A stretch of DNA of 54,679 nt, from the NCBI GenBank assembly GCA_047621545.1, contig JBLHMA010000001.1:1-54679 (forward strand), given 5' to 3'. The notes under the pieces were generated by a model, which saw only the letters and a list, made by a program, of their open reading frames with translations, made no database searches and was not told the DNA's origin. Numbering within the stretch: position 1 is the first letter of the stretch; the number at the start of each line of letters is the position of its first letter. Positions 9,508 through 17,549 of this stretch are shown piece by piece. The DNA is from Cognaticolwellia sp. (GTDB taxonomy: Bacteria; Myxococcota_A; UBA796; CAJQPC01). The position numbers were made by a program, and so were the translations under genes.

Positions 9508-11402
9508 GTCCCATCGGAATCCTTCAGCTGGGCAGCTTTGCCCTGATCTTTGTGGGCCAGCGCCTGCTCACCGACACCACTGGAATGGTCATCACTCTGG
9601 TGGGCGTGGTCGGTCTGCTGGCCGCTGTCGCCATGCGGGTCTCGGCCCGCACCAAGGCCGAGCACAAGAGCACCGCTGCGGCCCACTCCAAGGCGCTGAT
9701 CCTTCAGATCTTAGGCTTGGTCGCTGTGGCTGTGTACGGACTGAGCACCGATGCCTGCATCGACGCTCTGGGCCTGGAAGATGAGATGGCCAACCGCTGG
9801 GAGGTGGTGTTCTACGCACTCTGGCCCGTGCTCACACTGGCCTCGACCGTGCCCCTGCTGCTCGTCGATGCCGCGATTCAAGACAGCCCCCTGGCGGTAC
9901 AGCCACTGCGGGTGCGTCACGCCATAGACAATGGCGTGGTCGTCGCCCTGGGAATCAGCCTTCTCTTTCCCATCAACTACCTAGCCAGCCAGACCAACGA
10001 GCGCTTTGACTACGCCTACTTCAAGACGACCGAAGTGGGCGGCTCCAGTCGGGCCATTGTTGAGAACCTGAACGAGCCGGTGACCGCGCGCATCTTCTTG
10101 CCCACCTCCTCGGATGTGGCCGCAGAGCTGATGCCCTATTTTGAGGACCTGGCGTCTGCGAACCCCGGGATGTTCAAGGTGGAGTTGGTGGATCACGCCG
10201 CTGTGCCCGCTCTGGCCGAGTCTCTGAAGATTCGGGACAACGGCTACATCGCACTGACGATTCGCGACGGCGAGGACAACGCCCAGACCAAGAGCTGGAA
10301 GGTGGGCGATGACCTGGACAAGGCCAAGCGCAACCTGAAGAAGCTGGACCAAGAGTTCCAGAAGCGCATGCTGGACTTGGCCAAGGACGATCGCGTGGCC
10401 TACTTCACAGTGGGGCACGAAGAACTGAACTGGAAGGGCGGCGATTTCCCCGAAGACAAGCTGACCCAGCTCAAGCAGGGCATGCAGAAGCTGAACTTCA
10501 AGGTCAAGGAGCTGGGCCTGTCCCAGGGCCTGGGCGACAGCATCCCCGACGACGCCAGCGTGGTTGTGGTGATGGCCCCCAAAATGGCCTTTTTGCCCGC
10601 CGAGGTCCAAGCGATTCAGGACTACTTGGCCCGTGGTGGCTCGGTCATCCTGGCCGTTGAGCCTGGCACCCAGGAAGAGAACGCGGCGCTGCTGTCCCTG
10701 GTGGGCGCTGAGCTTGGCGAGGGCATCCTGACCAGCGAGGTGAACTACCTGGCCAAGGACAAGAACCTGGCCGACCGCTACAACGTGGTGACCAACCGAT
10801 ACAGCAGCCACGCATCCACGGTGACCCTGGGCAAGTACAGCCGCCAGCTGCAGCTCATCACCCCTCGGGCCGGCTGGCTCAAGGAGACCACACCGGTCAT
10901 CGTGGGCACCAAGACCACCGTCACGGTGCGCAGCCTGCAGGACAACTTCGCTGACCTCAATGGCAACCTGGAGTTGGACAAGAAGACTGAGAAGAAGGAA
11001 GTGCGCCCCATCGCGATGGTGGCCACCGGTCCCGCTCCGATGGCGCCCAACCCCGACGACCTCCCGCAGCTGGACGAGGCCTCTGAGGCTGACGCTGATC
11101 CGCCCGAGTTCCGCGTGGTCATCGTCGCAGACAGCACCTTGTTCTCGGATCTGGCCCTGGCCAGCCAAGGCAACCAGGTCTTCGTCTCCGATGCCCTGAA
11201 CTGGCTCTTGGGTGACGAGGCACTGGCCGGCACCACCGAGTCCGAAGAGGACGTGAAGATCGAGCACACGAAGGAGGACCAGACCCTCTGGTTCTACGGC
11301 ACCTCTTTAGGCGTGCCCCTCATCGTGTTGCTGCTGGGTCTGTTGCGGGTTCGCCGCCGCAAGCGCTCTACCCCTGACCTGCGCACCGGAGATTCCGCAT
11401 GA
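9498..11402 (+). CDS. GldG-like ABC-transporter auxiliary protein with N-terminal multi-TM extension
   Basis: 634 aa. N-terminal TM helices, a large soluble domain, and a C-terminal TM followed by an RRRKR anchor (LWFYGTSLGVPLIVLLLGLLRVRRRKR), as in the ABC-type uncharacterized transport system / GldG family. It overlaps the permease stop. GTG 9504 is an alternative start, 5 nt after GGAGG. Confidence 0.7.
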   Translation: MEVSPIGILQLGSFALIFVGQRLLTDTTGMVITLVGVVGLLAAVAMRVSARTKAEHKSTAAAHSKALILQILGLVAVAVYGLSTDACIDALGLEDEMANRWEVVFYALWPVLTLASTVPLLLVDAAIQDSPLAVQPLRVRHAIDNGVVVALGISLLFPINYLASQTNERFDYAYFKTTEVGGSSRAIVENLNEPVTARIFLPTSSDVAAELMPYFEDLASANPGMFKVELVDHAAVPALAESLKIRDNGYIALTIRDGEDNAQTKSWKVGDDLDKAKRNLKKLDQEFQKRMLDLAKDDRVAYFTVGHEELNWKGGDFPEDKLTQLKQGMQKLNFKVKELGLSQGLGDSIPDDASVVVVMAPKMAFLPAEVQAIQDYLARGGSVILAVEPGTQEENAALLSLVGAELGEGILTSEVNYLAKDKNLADRYNVVTNRYSSHASTVTLGKYSRQLQLITPRAGWLKETTPVIVGTKTTVTVRSLQDNFADLNGNLELDKKTEKKEVRPIAMVATGPAPMAPNPDDLPQLDEASEADADPPEFRVVIVADSTLFSDLALASQGNQVFVSDALNWLLGDEALAGTTESEEDVKIEHTKEDQTLWFYGTSLGVPLIVLLLGLLRVRRRKRSTPDLRTGDSA

Positions 11403-12466
11403 GCAAGCAAGTAATCATCCTGGCTGGCCTGTTGGGCGTGGGCATGGTGGCCTCGTACATGAGCTGGACCTCCGAGGATCCCACCGCCGACACCGAAGGC
11501 GTGGTGGTCATCGACGCCAAGCCCGAGCAGATCGAGAGCATCGCTTGGACCAGCGAGACGATGGACGTGGAGCTCAGCCGCCGCAGCGACGCTGTGGGCG
11601 ACTACATCTGGGTCAAGACCATCGAGCGCATCGAGAAAGAGATCCCTGCCGAGGTGACCGTCTCGCCTCTTGATCCTGATGCCCCAGCGCCGGCGGATGG
11701 TGAAGAGCCCGCCGAACCCAGCGAACCCGAGATGCGCATCGAAACGGAGACCGTGCATCGCGACTTTAAGGCCGGCGACACAGCTCAAGAGTTGATCGAG
11801 AGCTTTGCGCCCCTGATGGCCTCCCGTCGCCTGGAAGTTGCCCCCGACAAGTACGTCGATTTTGGTCTGGACACTCCGCAAGCCACGTTGGTCATCACCC
11901 GCAGCGGCAAAGAGCCACGCGAGCTGAGCATCGGCGGCGAGGCCTACGGCACCCGGGACCGCTACGCACTGGATGCGGACAAAAACAACGTGGTCCTGTT
12001 GGACTCCGATCTGCTGCGTCCCCTCAAGTTCGCAATCAGCCGCTTGCCCGACCGCGACTTGCTCACGGTGGAGACCCCGAAGCTAACGAAGGTCACTGTT
12101 AGTTCGCCGAACCGCGAGCCCGTGAACTTGGACCAGCTCAACGCTGCAGACCCCCAAAAGGCCACCTGGGCCTACCTCGGCGAGACCGAGGGCGATGAGT
12201 CCGCAGCAGCCTGGATGAACAAGGCCCTGAGTCTCAAGGCAAAGGCCTATGTTCAGGCAGAAGAGATGCCAACGAGCACCACCACCGAGCTGACTCTGGT
12301 CTACATGGCCGAGGACGGCAGCCAGCATCAGGTCGAGGTCATTCAGGGCACGGATGCCCAGGGCGAGACCCAGTGGTACGGGCGCTCGACCAACACCCGA
12401 GAGTTGGTGACCTTGCACGCAGCACAAGCCAGCGAGTTGGTCGCCGATTTGGATGCGCTACCCTAG
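11399..12466 (+). CDS. DUF4340-like protein (usual partner of GldG-type genes)
   Basis: ATGA overlap with the upstream gene (11399..11402). It has an N-terminal TM anchor (IILAGLLGVGMVASYM). The size and position after a GldG-like gene match the usual DUF4340 arrangement. The assignment rests on context, not on a motif. Confidence 0.5.
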   Translation: MSKQVIILAGLLGVGMVASYMSWTSEDPTADTEGVVVIDAKPEQIESIAWTSETMDVELSRRSDAVGDYIWVKTIERIEKEIPAEVTVSPLDPDAPAPADGEEPAEPSEPEMRIETETVHRDFKAGDTAQELIESFAPLMASRRLEVAPDKYVDFGLDTPQATLVITRSGKEPRELSIGGEAYGTRDRYALDADKNNVVLLDSDLLRPLKFAISRLPDRDLLTVETPKLTKVTVSSPNREPVNLDQLNAADPQKATWAYLGETEGDESAAAWMNKALSLKAKAYVQAEEMPTSTTTELTLVYMAEDGSQHQVEVIQGTDAQGETQWYGRSTNTRELVTLHAAQASELVADLDALP

Positions 12467-12471
12467 ATGGG

Positions 12472-13212
12472 ATGAGCGGAGACGACAAATCCACGACCTC
12501 GATCCACACTCTGCCGCTGCTGGCAGGGGGGCCTATGGATCACGTCGCACCGGTGGCCCTGGACGCTATCGCAGTTATCTCACCTGATCTGGAGCGCCTG
12601 GCTTCCTGAATGTACAGCGCGGCTGGGAGGAGGAGGCCACCCAACCCGTGCCCCGAGAACGCAGCGGATTGCGCCACAGCACCGGCACCGAGCCCCACGC
12701 ACGGGACCGCAACGGGCACTTCCTGCTGGACGAGAGCCAGAGCGGCGAGTGGAAGGTTGAACTGGCCTGTTCTGATGACCGATTGGGTTGGAGCCTCGGC
12801 CCATGCGCAGTGGTTCCGCAGTCAGAGCGGCCTGCCATGGCGCCTGCCCATGTCCGATCAGTGGAGCAGGGCTACGCGCGGCGTAGACGGGCGTTTCTAC
12901 CCTTGGGGCGACAGCTTCGATCCGTCTTGGCGCGCCATGCGCGACAGCGTGCACGAGTCTGAGCTGTCCCCTGTGGACGTTGGCAGCTACCCGGTTGATG
13001 AGAGTCCCTTTGGGGTGCGGGACATGGCAAGCAGCGCGAAAGACTGGTGCCTGGATGGAATGCGCGGTGGACGCCGAGCGGTTCGTGGGGGATTCTGGCG
13101 TGGAGATGCGATGCGCGCCAGGGCGAGCAGCCGCCAGAAATACGAGCCCAGCATGCGCTCGCGCCACCTGAGCTTTCGCTTGGCGCGCGCCTTTCCAATG
13201 ACGAATACTTAG
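12472..13212 (+). pseudogene. FGE-sulfatase (SUMF1-like) domain gene interrupted by an out-of-frame segment
   Basis: The family signature is split over frames. Frame 1 reads MSGDDK...LLAGGPMDH..ALDAIAVISPDLERL and then hits TGA at 12607. Frame 0 reads FLNVQRGWEEEATQPVPRERSG...RDRNGHFLLDESQSGEWKV between about 12600 and 12760. Frame 1 then resumes with NWPVLMTDWVGASAHAQWF..LPWRLPMSDQWSRATRGVDGRFYPWGD...YPVDESPFGVRDM...RGGFWRG...SFRLARAF. As listed in the track, ORF 12610..13212 carries only the C-terminal half. Confidence 0.6.
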
Positions 13213-13225
13213 GACGGACCCCCTG

Positions 13226-13894
13226 ATGCTCTTTGCTTTGATCTTTGCTTGCGCAGGCCGACAGGCGACCGACAACGCCGACAACGCCGAAGACACTCCG
13301 GTCGAGAACGATGCGGACACCGATGCAGACAGCGACAGCGACACGGACGCGGACTCCGATGCGGACAGCGACGCCGACGCCGACAGTGACTCCGACAGTG
13401 ACTCCGACACCGACACCGACATCTCCGCCCCTTGGGAGGGACTGAGCGCCGATCCGAACTGCGAGGAGGTGACCGGCCAGGCCGTGCCAGGCGCCACCAG
13501 CTATTTCTGGGGTGACTTCAACATCACTGGCGACATCGTCAAAGGCGACGAGGGCTGGACGCTGCTCTCCAACCAGGCTTGGCGCGACGAGGGCGGCTCG
13601 GACTGCGTGGTCGTGTGGAGCGCTGCGGGCGGCAAAGCTTCCCCCAGCAGCGCCTGTCCGACCTGCGACTACAGCTTTGGCCTGTTCATGTCTATCGACG
13701 AGAGCCAGACCACCTGTCCAGAGGGCCTATACAGTGGCGACGAGAGCTTCGCGATTACCTACAACATCGCGGTCGACGGCCGGACCACCGACTACAGCTT
13801 TGCCAGCAGCGGCGACGCCTTGGGCGTCGGAGAGACCGACGGAACGCGCAGCACCTACCTGGCCGAGTCGACCTGCAAGTACTTCGGTCGCTAG
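13226..13894 (+). CDS. Lipoprotein with acidic D-[STA] repeat linker and Cys-containing C-terminal domain
   Basis: MLFALIFACAG has a lipobox. A 37-residue (D-x)n tract is encoded at 13310..13420. It is followed by a ~150-aa domain with 6 Cys. No family recognised. Confidence 0.65.
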   Translation: MLFALIFACAGRQATDNADNAEDTPVENDADTDADSDSDTDADSDADSDADADSDSDSDSDTDTDISAPWEGLSADPNCEEVTGQAVPGATSYFWGDFNITGDIVKGDEGWTLLSNQAWRDEGGSDCVVVWSAAGGKASPSSACPTCDYSFGLFMSIDESQTTCPEGLYSGDESFAITYNIAVDGRTTDYSFASSGDALGVGETDGTRSTYLAESTCKYFGR

Positions 13895-13981
13895 GGCGCC
13901 CCGCTTCTCGTTAGACCCTGCAGCAAATCTCCACCAAGGCGCCCCCACGGCTGCCGCGCATCTCCCCGACAAAGGTCATCC

Positions 13982-14746
13982 GTGCTCCAAGTCCTGCAGA
14001 TCCCCGTCTGGCGCGACAACTACGCCTACCTGCTCCGCTGCACCGCCACGGACACCGTGGCCTGTGTCGACAGCCCGGAGGCGGCGCCCATCCTAAAGGA
14101 GCTCAAGACCCGGGGATGGACCCTGGACCTTCTCCTGAACACCCACCACCACCCAGACCACATCGGCGCCAACAAAGAGCTGAAGCGGGAGACGGGCTGC
14201 CGCATCGTGGGCTCCTGTCACGACCCCGAGCGCATCCCAGGCATTGACCGGCAAGTGGACCAAGGGGACCAGGTGCAGGTCGGCGAGCAACATGCTCAGG
14301 TGCTCTTTATTCCCGGCCACACGCGGGGTCACATCGCCTACCACTTCGAGCAGGCCCAGGCCTTGTTCAGCGGAGACACGCTCTTCGTCGCGGGCTGCGG
14401 CCGCCTCTTCGAGGGCACGCCCGAGCAGCTCTGGGACAGCTTCCAGAAGCTCATGGCCCTGCCTCCCCAGACCAAGATCTACGGCGCCCACGAGTACACG
14501 ATGTCCAACATCCGCTTCGCCAAGACGGTGGATCCCGACAACATGGCATTGCAGGTGCTCGAGGTCCAAGCCCAGGCCCTGAGGGACTCTCAGCAGCCCA
14601 CCGTGCCCAGTACCTTGGCGCAGGAACTGAAAACCAACCCCTTCCTGCGCGTGGACCAGCCACAGATCGCGCAGGCCATGGGCCTCTCCGGCGCGCCTCC
14701 AGCCCAGGTCTTGGGCGAGCTGCGCGCCCGCAAGGACCGATTCTGA
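13982..14746 (+). CDS. gloB: Hydroxyacylglutathione hydrolase (glyoxalase II)
   Basis: N-terminus ..IPVWRDNYAYLL, metal motif THHHPDH, then PGHTRGHI and GDTLFVAGCGRLFEG. The full GloB motif order is present. GTG start. Confidence 0.9.
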   Translation: MLQVLQIPVWRDNYAYLLRCTATDTVACVDSPEAAPILKELKTRGWTLDLLLNTHHHPDHIGANKELKRETGCRIVGSCHDPERIPGIDRQVDQGDQVQVGEQHAQVLFIPGHTRGHIAYHFEQAQALFSGDTLFVAGCGRLFEGTPEQLWDSFQKLMALPPQTKIYGAHEYTMSNIRFAKTVDPDNMALQVLEVQAQALRDSQQPTVPSTLAQELKTNPFLRVDQPQIAQAMGLSGAPPAQVLGELRARKDRF

Positions 14747-14763
14747 ACTCCCTACTGCCCAAG

Positions 14764-15546
14764 GTGCACCGCCTGAGAATCGGCGGCAAACAGGCCCTAG
14801 TCCGCACAGCTGGCCAAGGCCCCCCTTTGCTGCTCCTGCATGGGGTTCCCACGAGCTCTCTGCTCTTTCGGGACTGCGTTGAACCACTGGTCCAGGCAGG
14901 CTTTTCTCTGATCATGCCGGACCTGCCTGGCTACGGGGAGTCAGAAGGCATCGAGCCCGCTCTGCGTGTGCAGGATCACTTGGACTGGCTAGAGGAGCTC
15001 TTGGACCAGCTCAAGCTCACCCGCGTGCACGTGGCCGGCTTGGATCTGGGGGGCCTGCTCGCTGCCGGTCTCTGCCTTCGAGGCCGGGCTGAGCACGTCG
15101 CACTGACCAGCACCGCCATCGGGCCGGGCTGGTTGGCGGCTTGGGCCACAGCGCTTCCCGGCCCACACCTGTTCTTCTACAAGTTCTACGGAGGCAGGCG
15201 CTGGCTACAGCAGGGCGTAAACCCGGATCGCGCCGATGCCTTGCTGGCCCTGCACAGCCCCCGCCTGGAATCCGATCCCGGCTTTGTGGAGCGCATGCAG
15301 AACACCGCGCTGGCCTTTTCCTTCGGCGAGTGGCTGCGCTGGCCAAAAGAGCTGGCGGCGACCCCCAACCCCAAGCACCTGATCTGGGGCCAAGACGACC
15401 GCTTCTTCCCGCCCTGGATGGCCCGGCGCATCGCAGCCAACCTGGACTGCGGGATCACCTGGATCCCTCAGGGCCGCCACCACCTGCCCTTCGGACACCC
15501 CGCGGCCTGGAGTCGGGCCTTGATAGCGTTTTTGCCGAAGCCCTGA
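14764..15546 (+). CDS. Alpha/beta-fold hydrolase
   Basis: LLLLHGVPTSSLLFRD is the oxyanion region. A nucleophile-elbow-like HVAGLDLGG and a C-terminal His region (GRHHLPFGHP) are also present. Confidence 0.8.
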   Translation: MHRLRIGGKQALVRTAGQGPPLLLLHGVPTSSLLFRDCVEPLVQAGFSLIMPDLPGYGESEGIEPALRVQDHLDWLEELLDQLKLTRVHVAGLDLGGLLAAGLCLRGRAEHVALTSTAIGPGWLAAWATALPGPHLFFYKFYGGRRWLQQGVNPDRADALLALHSPRLESDPGFVERMQNTALAFSFGEWLRWPKELAATPNPKHLIWGQDDRFFPPWMARRIAANLDCGITWIPQGRHHLPFGHPAAWSRALIAFLPKP

Positions 15547-15564
15547 GGGGTGTCCAATACCGGT

Positions 15565-15799
15565 GCCTTAGGGCGCAGCCCAACGGACTCGAAGAGTCCC
15601 TCTCCCCGGAAACGCCCCAAGCCAGCCCCAACGACCGGGGAGGGCCGCAAGCCACCGACCCGGTCTCCAGAACGCCCCCCGGTATCCGGCAGCAGGCCTT
15701 AGGGCGCAGCCCAACGGACTCGAAGAGTCCCTCTCCCCGGAAACGCCCCAAGCCAGCCCCGACGACCGGGGAGGGCCGCAAGCCACCGACCCGGTCTCC
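15565..15799. repeat. Two direct copies of a 104-bp element (15565..15668 and 15696..15799), period 131 bp
   Basis: By hand alignment the copies differ at one position (ccccAacgacc versus ccccGacgacc). Each contains the hairpin GGACTC-GAA-GAGTCC and a CCGGG...CCCGG stem. The region is non-coding. The ORF track shows the same peptide twice only because of the repeat. Confidence 0.9.
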
Positions 15800-15882
15800 C
15801 AGCGCGGAGCAAGTGGCCCATCGGGCTGTATGGACGACTCCAAAACGAAGCGCGCTGCGTAAGGCTTTGGAGAGTCCGTGCA

Positions 15883-16008
15883 GGTTCGCATAGCGAACCC
15901 ACCCAGGAAAGGGGGACCCGCAACGCGGGGGGAAACCTGGGTTTCCCTATCGCAGGGGGTGCAGTGTTGCCGGCAGGCAACCTCGCAAGGGGGGCCGCGC
16001 AGCCCCCC
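15883..16008. other. Cluster of six short GC-rich stem-loops in non-coding DNA (REP-like or structured RNA candidate)
   Basis: The stem-loops are:
- GGTTCGC-ATA-GCGAACC (15883..15899)
- CCCGC-AAC-GCGGG (15917..15929)
- GGGAAAC-CTGG-GTTTCCC (15930..15947)
- GTTGCC-GGCA-GGCAAC (15966..15981)
- CCTC-GCAA-GGGG (15981..15992)
- GGGGGGC-CGCGCA-GCCCCCC (15989..16008). Confidence 0.6.
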
Positions 16009-16009
16009 T

Positions 16010-16226
16010 CAGAAACATAGCGGCCGGAGGCGCGACAGAAACACAGCGGCGAAGGCCGCTCGTCGGCGCCGGAGGCGCGACAGAAACACAGCGGCGAAGG
16101 CCGCTCGTCGGCGCCGGGGGCGCGACAGAAACACAGCGGCGAAGGCCGCTCGTCGGCGCCGGAGGCGCGACAGAAACACAGCGGCGAAGGCCGCTCGTCG
16201 GCGCCGGAGGCGCGACAGAAACACAG
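16010..16226. repeat. Tandem repeat: 45-bp unit x4 plus truncated units at both ends
   Basis: The unit is cgcgacagaaacacagcggcgaaggccgctcgtcggcgccggagg, found at 16031, 16076, 16121 and 16166. I count one substitution among the four copies. A partial unit lies at 16211..16226 and a 19-nt-deleted unit at 16010..16030. Each unit carries the hairpin GCGGC-GAAG-GCCGC. There are no unique spacers. Confidence 0.95.
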
Positions 16227-16550
16227 AAAAACCCCCGCCCGGAACAATCCCAAGCGAGGGCTTTTTGAGTCAACGCGCTCTTTGGGAACCCGTCTCCAGG
16301 TTCAGCGGGCACCGAATCGCTGCCGACACCGGGGAATTCCGATGCCGGTACCCAAGGCCTCTCTTCCTTGGGACCCAAAGTCCATGCTGACATTCACCCT
16401 GGTCTTAGCAATACCTGTGCCAACATCAAGGAAGCCCACGGCATCGGGATCTTGTATGGAAACGCTGAGGAAAATGTGTCGCAGTTGGGAGATCCGGGTC
16501 CCGGGCTCAAGGGTACCGGAGAAGGATCCGACAACCAGCTTGGAGGAATC

Positions 16551-17549
16551 ATGCTGGCCATCGCGCCCAAATCCACGGAAATTCGTCTGGAGGTCAAAGC
16601 CCTCCTGGCCGAGGGACACGCCGACCTGCGCCAACTGGACCTGACCGGAGCGGATCTGAGCGAACTGGACCTGAGCGGCTGCGAGCTCTCGGGACAAGAC
16701 CTGAGCCAGTGCTCCCTTCGCAAGGCCCGCCTCTCACACGCAAGGCTGGTCGATGCGGTGCTCTACCAAGCCGACCTACAGGGCGCCGAGTTCCTGGGAG
16801 CCGACCTGAGCGGCGCGGACCTGTCCGAAGTCCAAGCCAAAGGGGCCGGCTTTGGCCACGCCATCCTAAAGCAGGCCCGTCTCAGCGGAGGCCACTTTGA
16901 GCGCTGCACATTTAGCGGCGCAGACCTGGAGGGCGCAGACTTGGCGGCCGCAGAGTTTGCCGATGCAAGGTTTAGAGACACCAACCTGAAGGGCGTGGAA
17001 GGGATCCGAGCCTCCTTCAAAGGCGCCGACCTCAGTGAGGCGAAAGTACACGGGGCAAACTTTAGAGAGGTGGATCTGCGCCATGCCAGGCTGACCCACA
17101 TCCGCGGCTACAGCGACGCCCTTTGGATCCTGGCGGACACCCGACACGCCGACTGGCGCGGTTCCAGCCTGTTCCGACGCCACATGATGGACGAAAACTA
17201 CCTGTACGAGTTCCGGACCAGCTCCAAGGCCAACGCGACCGCTCACGCCATCTGGCAGGCGACCTCGGACTGTGGACGCAGCCCCACCCGATGGGGGCTT
17301 TGGACCGGATTCATCGCTGTGTCCTTTGCCGGGATCTACGAGGGCATGGCCATTGACTACGGGGCCCACGAGGCGCCCCTCTCGAGCGTGTACTTCTCCA
17401 TCGTGACCCTGACGACCTTGGGTTTTGGAGACGTTCTCCCGGCCGATGGATGGGCCCAAGGGGCGGTCCTGGCCGAGGTCATCCTCGGATATGTGATGCT
17501 TGGTGGACTACTCAGCATCTTCGCCAATAAAATGGCACGGAGAGCCTAA
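16551..17549 (+). CDS. Pentapeptide-repeat domain fused to a 2-TM K+-channel pore
   Basis: GGAGGA lies 5 nt before ATG 16551 (MLAIAPKSTE). The ORF is open from 16368, but that region looks non-coding. About 35 A(D/N)LxX pentapeptides are present (DLTGADLSELDLSGCELSGQDLSQCSL...). These are followed by TM1, the pore helix and filter SVYFSIVTLTTLGFGDVLP, then TM2. Confidence 0.8.
   Translation: MLAIAPKSTEIRLEVKALLAEGHADLRQLDLTGADLSELDLSGCELSGQDLSQCSLRKARLSHARLVDAVLYQADLQGAEFLGADLSGADLSEVQAKGAGFGHAILKQARLSGGHFERCTFSGADLEGADLAAAEFADARFRDTNLKGVEGIRASFKGADLSEAKVHGANFREVDLRHARLTHIRGYSDALWILADTRHADWRGSSLFRRHMMDENYLYEFRTSSKANATAHAIWQATSDCGRSPTRWGLWTGFIAVSFAGIYEGMAIDYGAHEAPLSSVYFSIVTLTTLGFGDVLPADGWAQGAVLAEVILGYVMLGGLLSIFANKMARRA

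Noticed and set aside
15565-15799. Possible DGR template/variable repeat pair (two ~100-bp repeats differing at an adenine, with an FGE/C-type-lectin-fold gene at 12472..13212)
   Set aside because: There is only one mismatch. Neither copy lies inside a coding sequence. The repeats do not match the FGE gene's 3' end. No reverse transcriptase gene is present.
15883-15947. tRNA or tRNA-like gene suggested by GGTTCGC...GCGAACC
   Set aside because: No cloverleaf can be drawn. There is no acceptor stem or anticodon arm with the proper spacing, and no GTTCRANYC T-loop consensus. It is a simple 7-bp hairpin with a 3-nt loop.
16010-16226. Possible CRISPR array (regularly spaced repeats containing a hairpin)
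   Set aside because: The whole 45-bp period is identical from unit to unit, so there are no unique spacers. The unit length and structure fit a plain tandem repeat. No cas genes are in the window.
15699-16393. ORFs with perfectly repeated peptides (15699..16253 minus, 15878..16390 plus, 15947..16393 minus, 16009..16224 minus)
   Set aside because: They exist in several frames on both strands only because the 45-bp unit is a multiple of three. Their Arg/Ala/Pro-rich composition, lack of RBS and lack of recognisable fold argue against coding.
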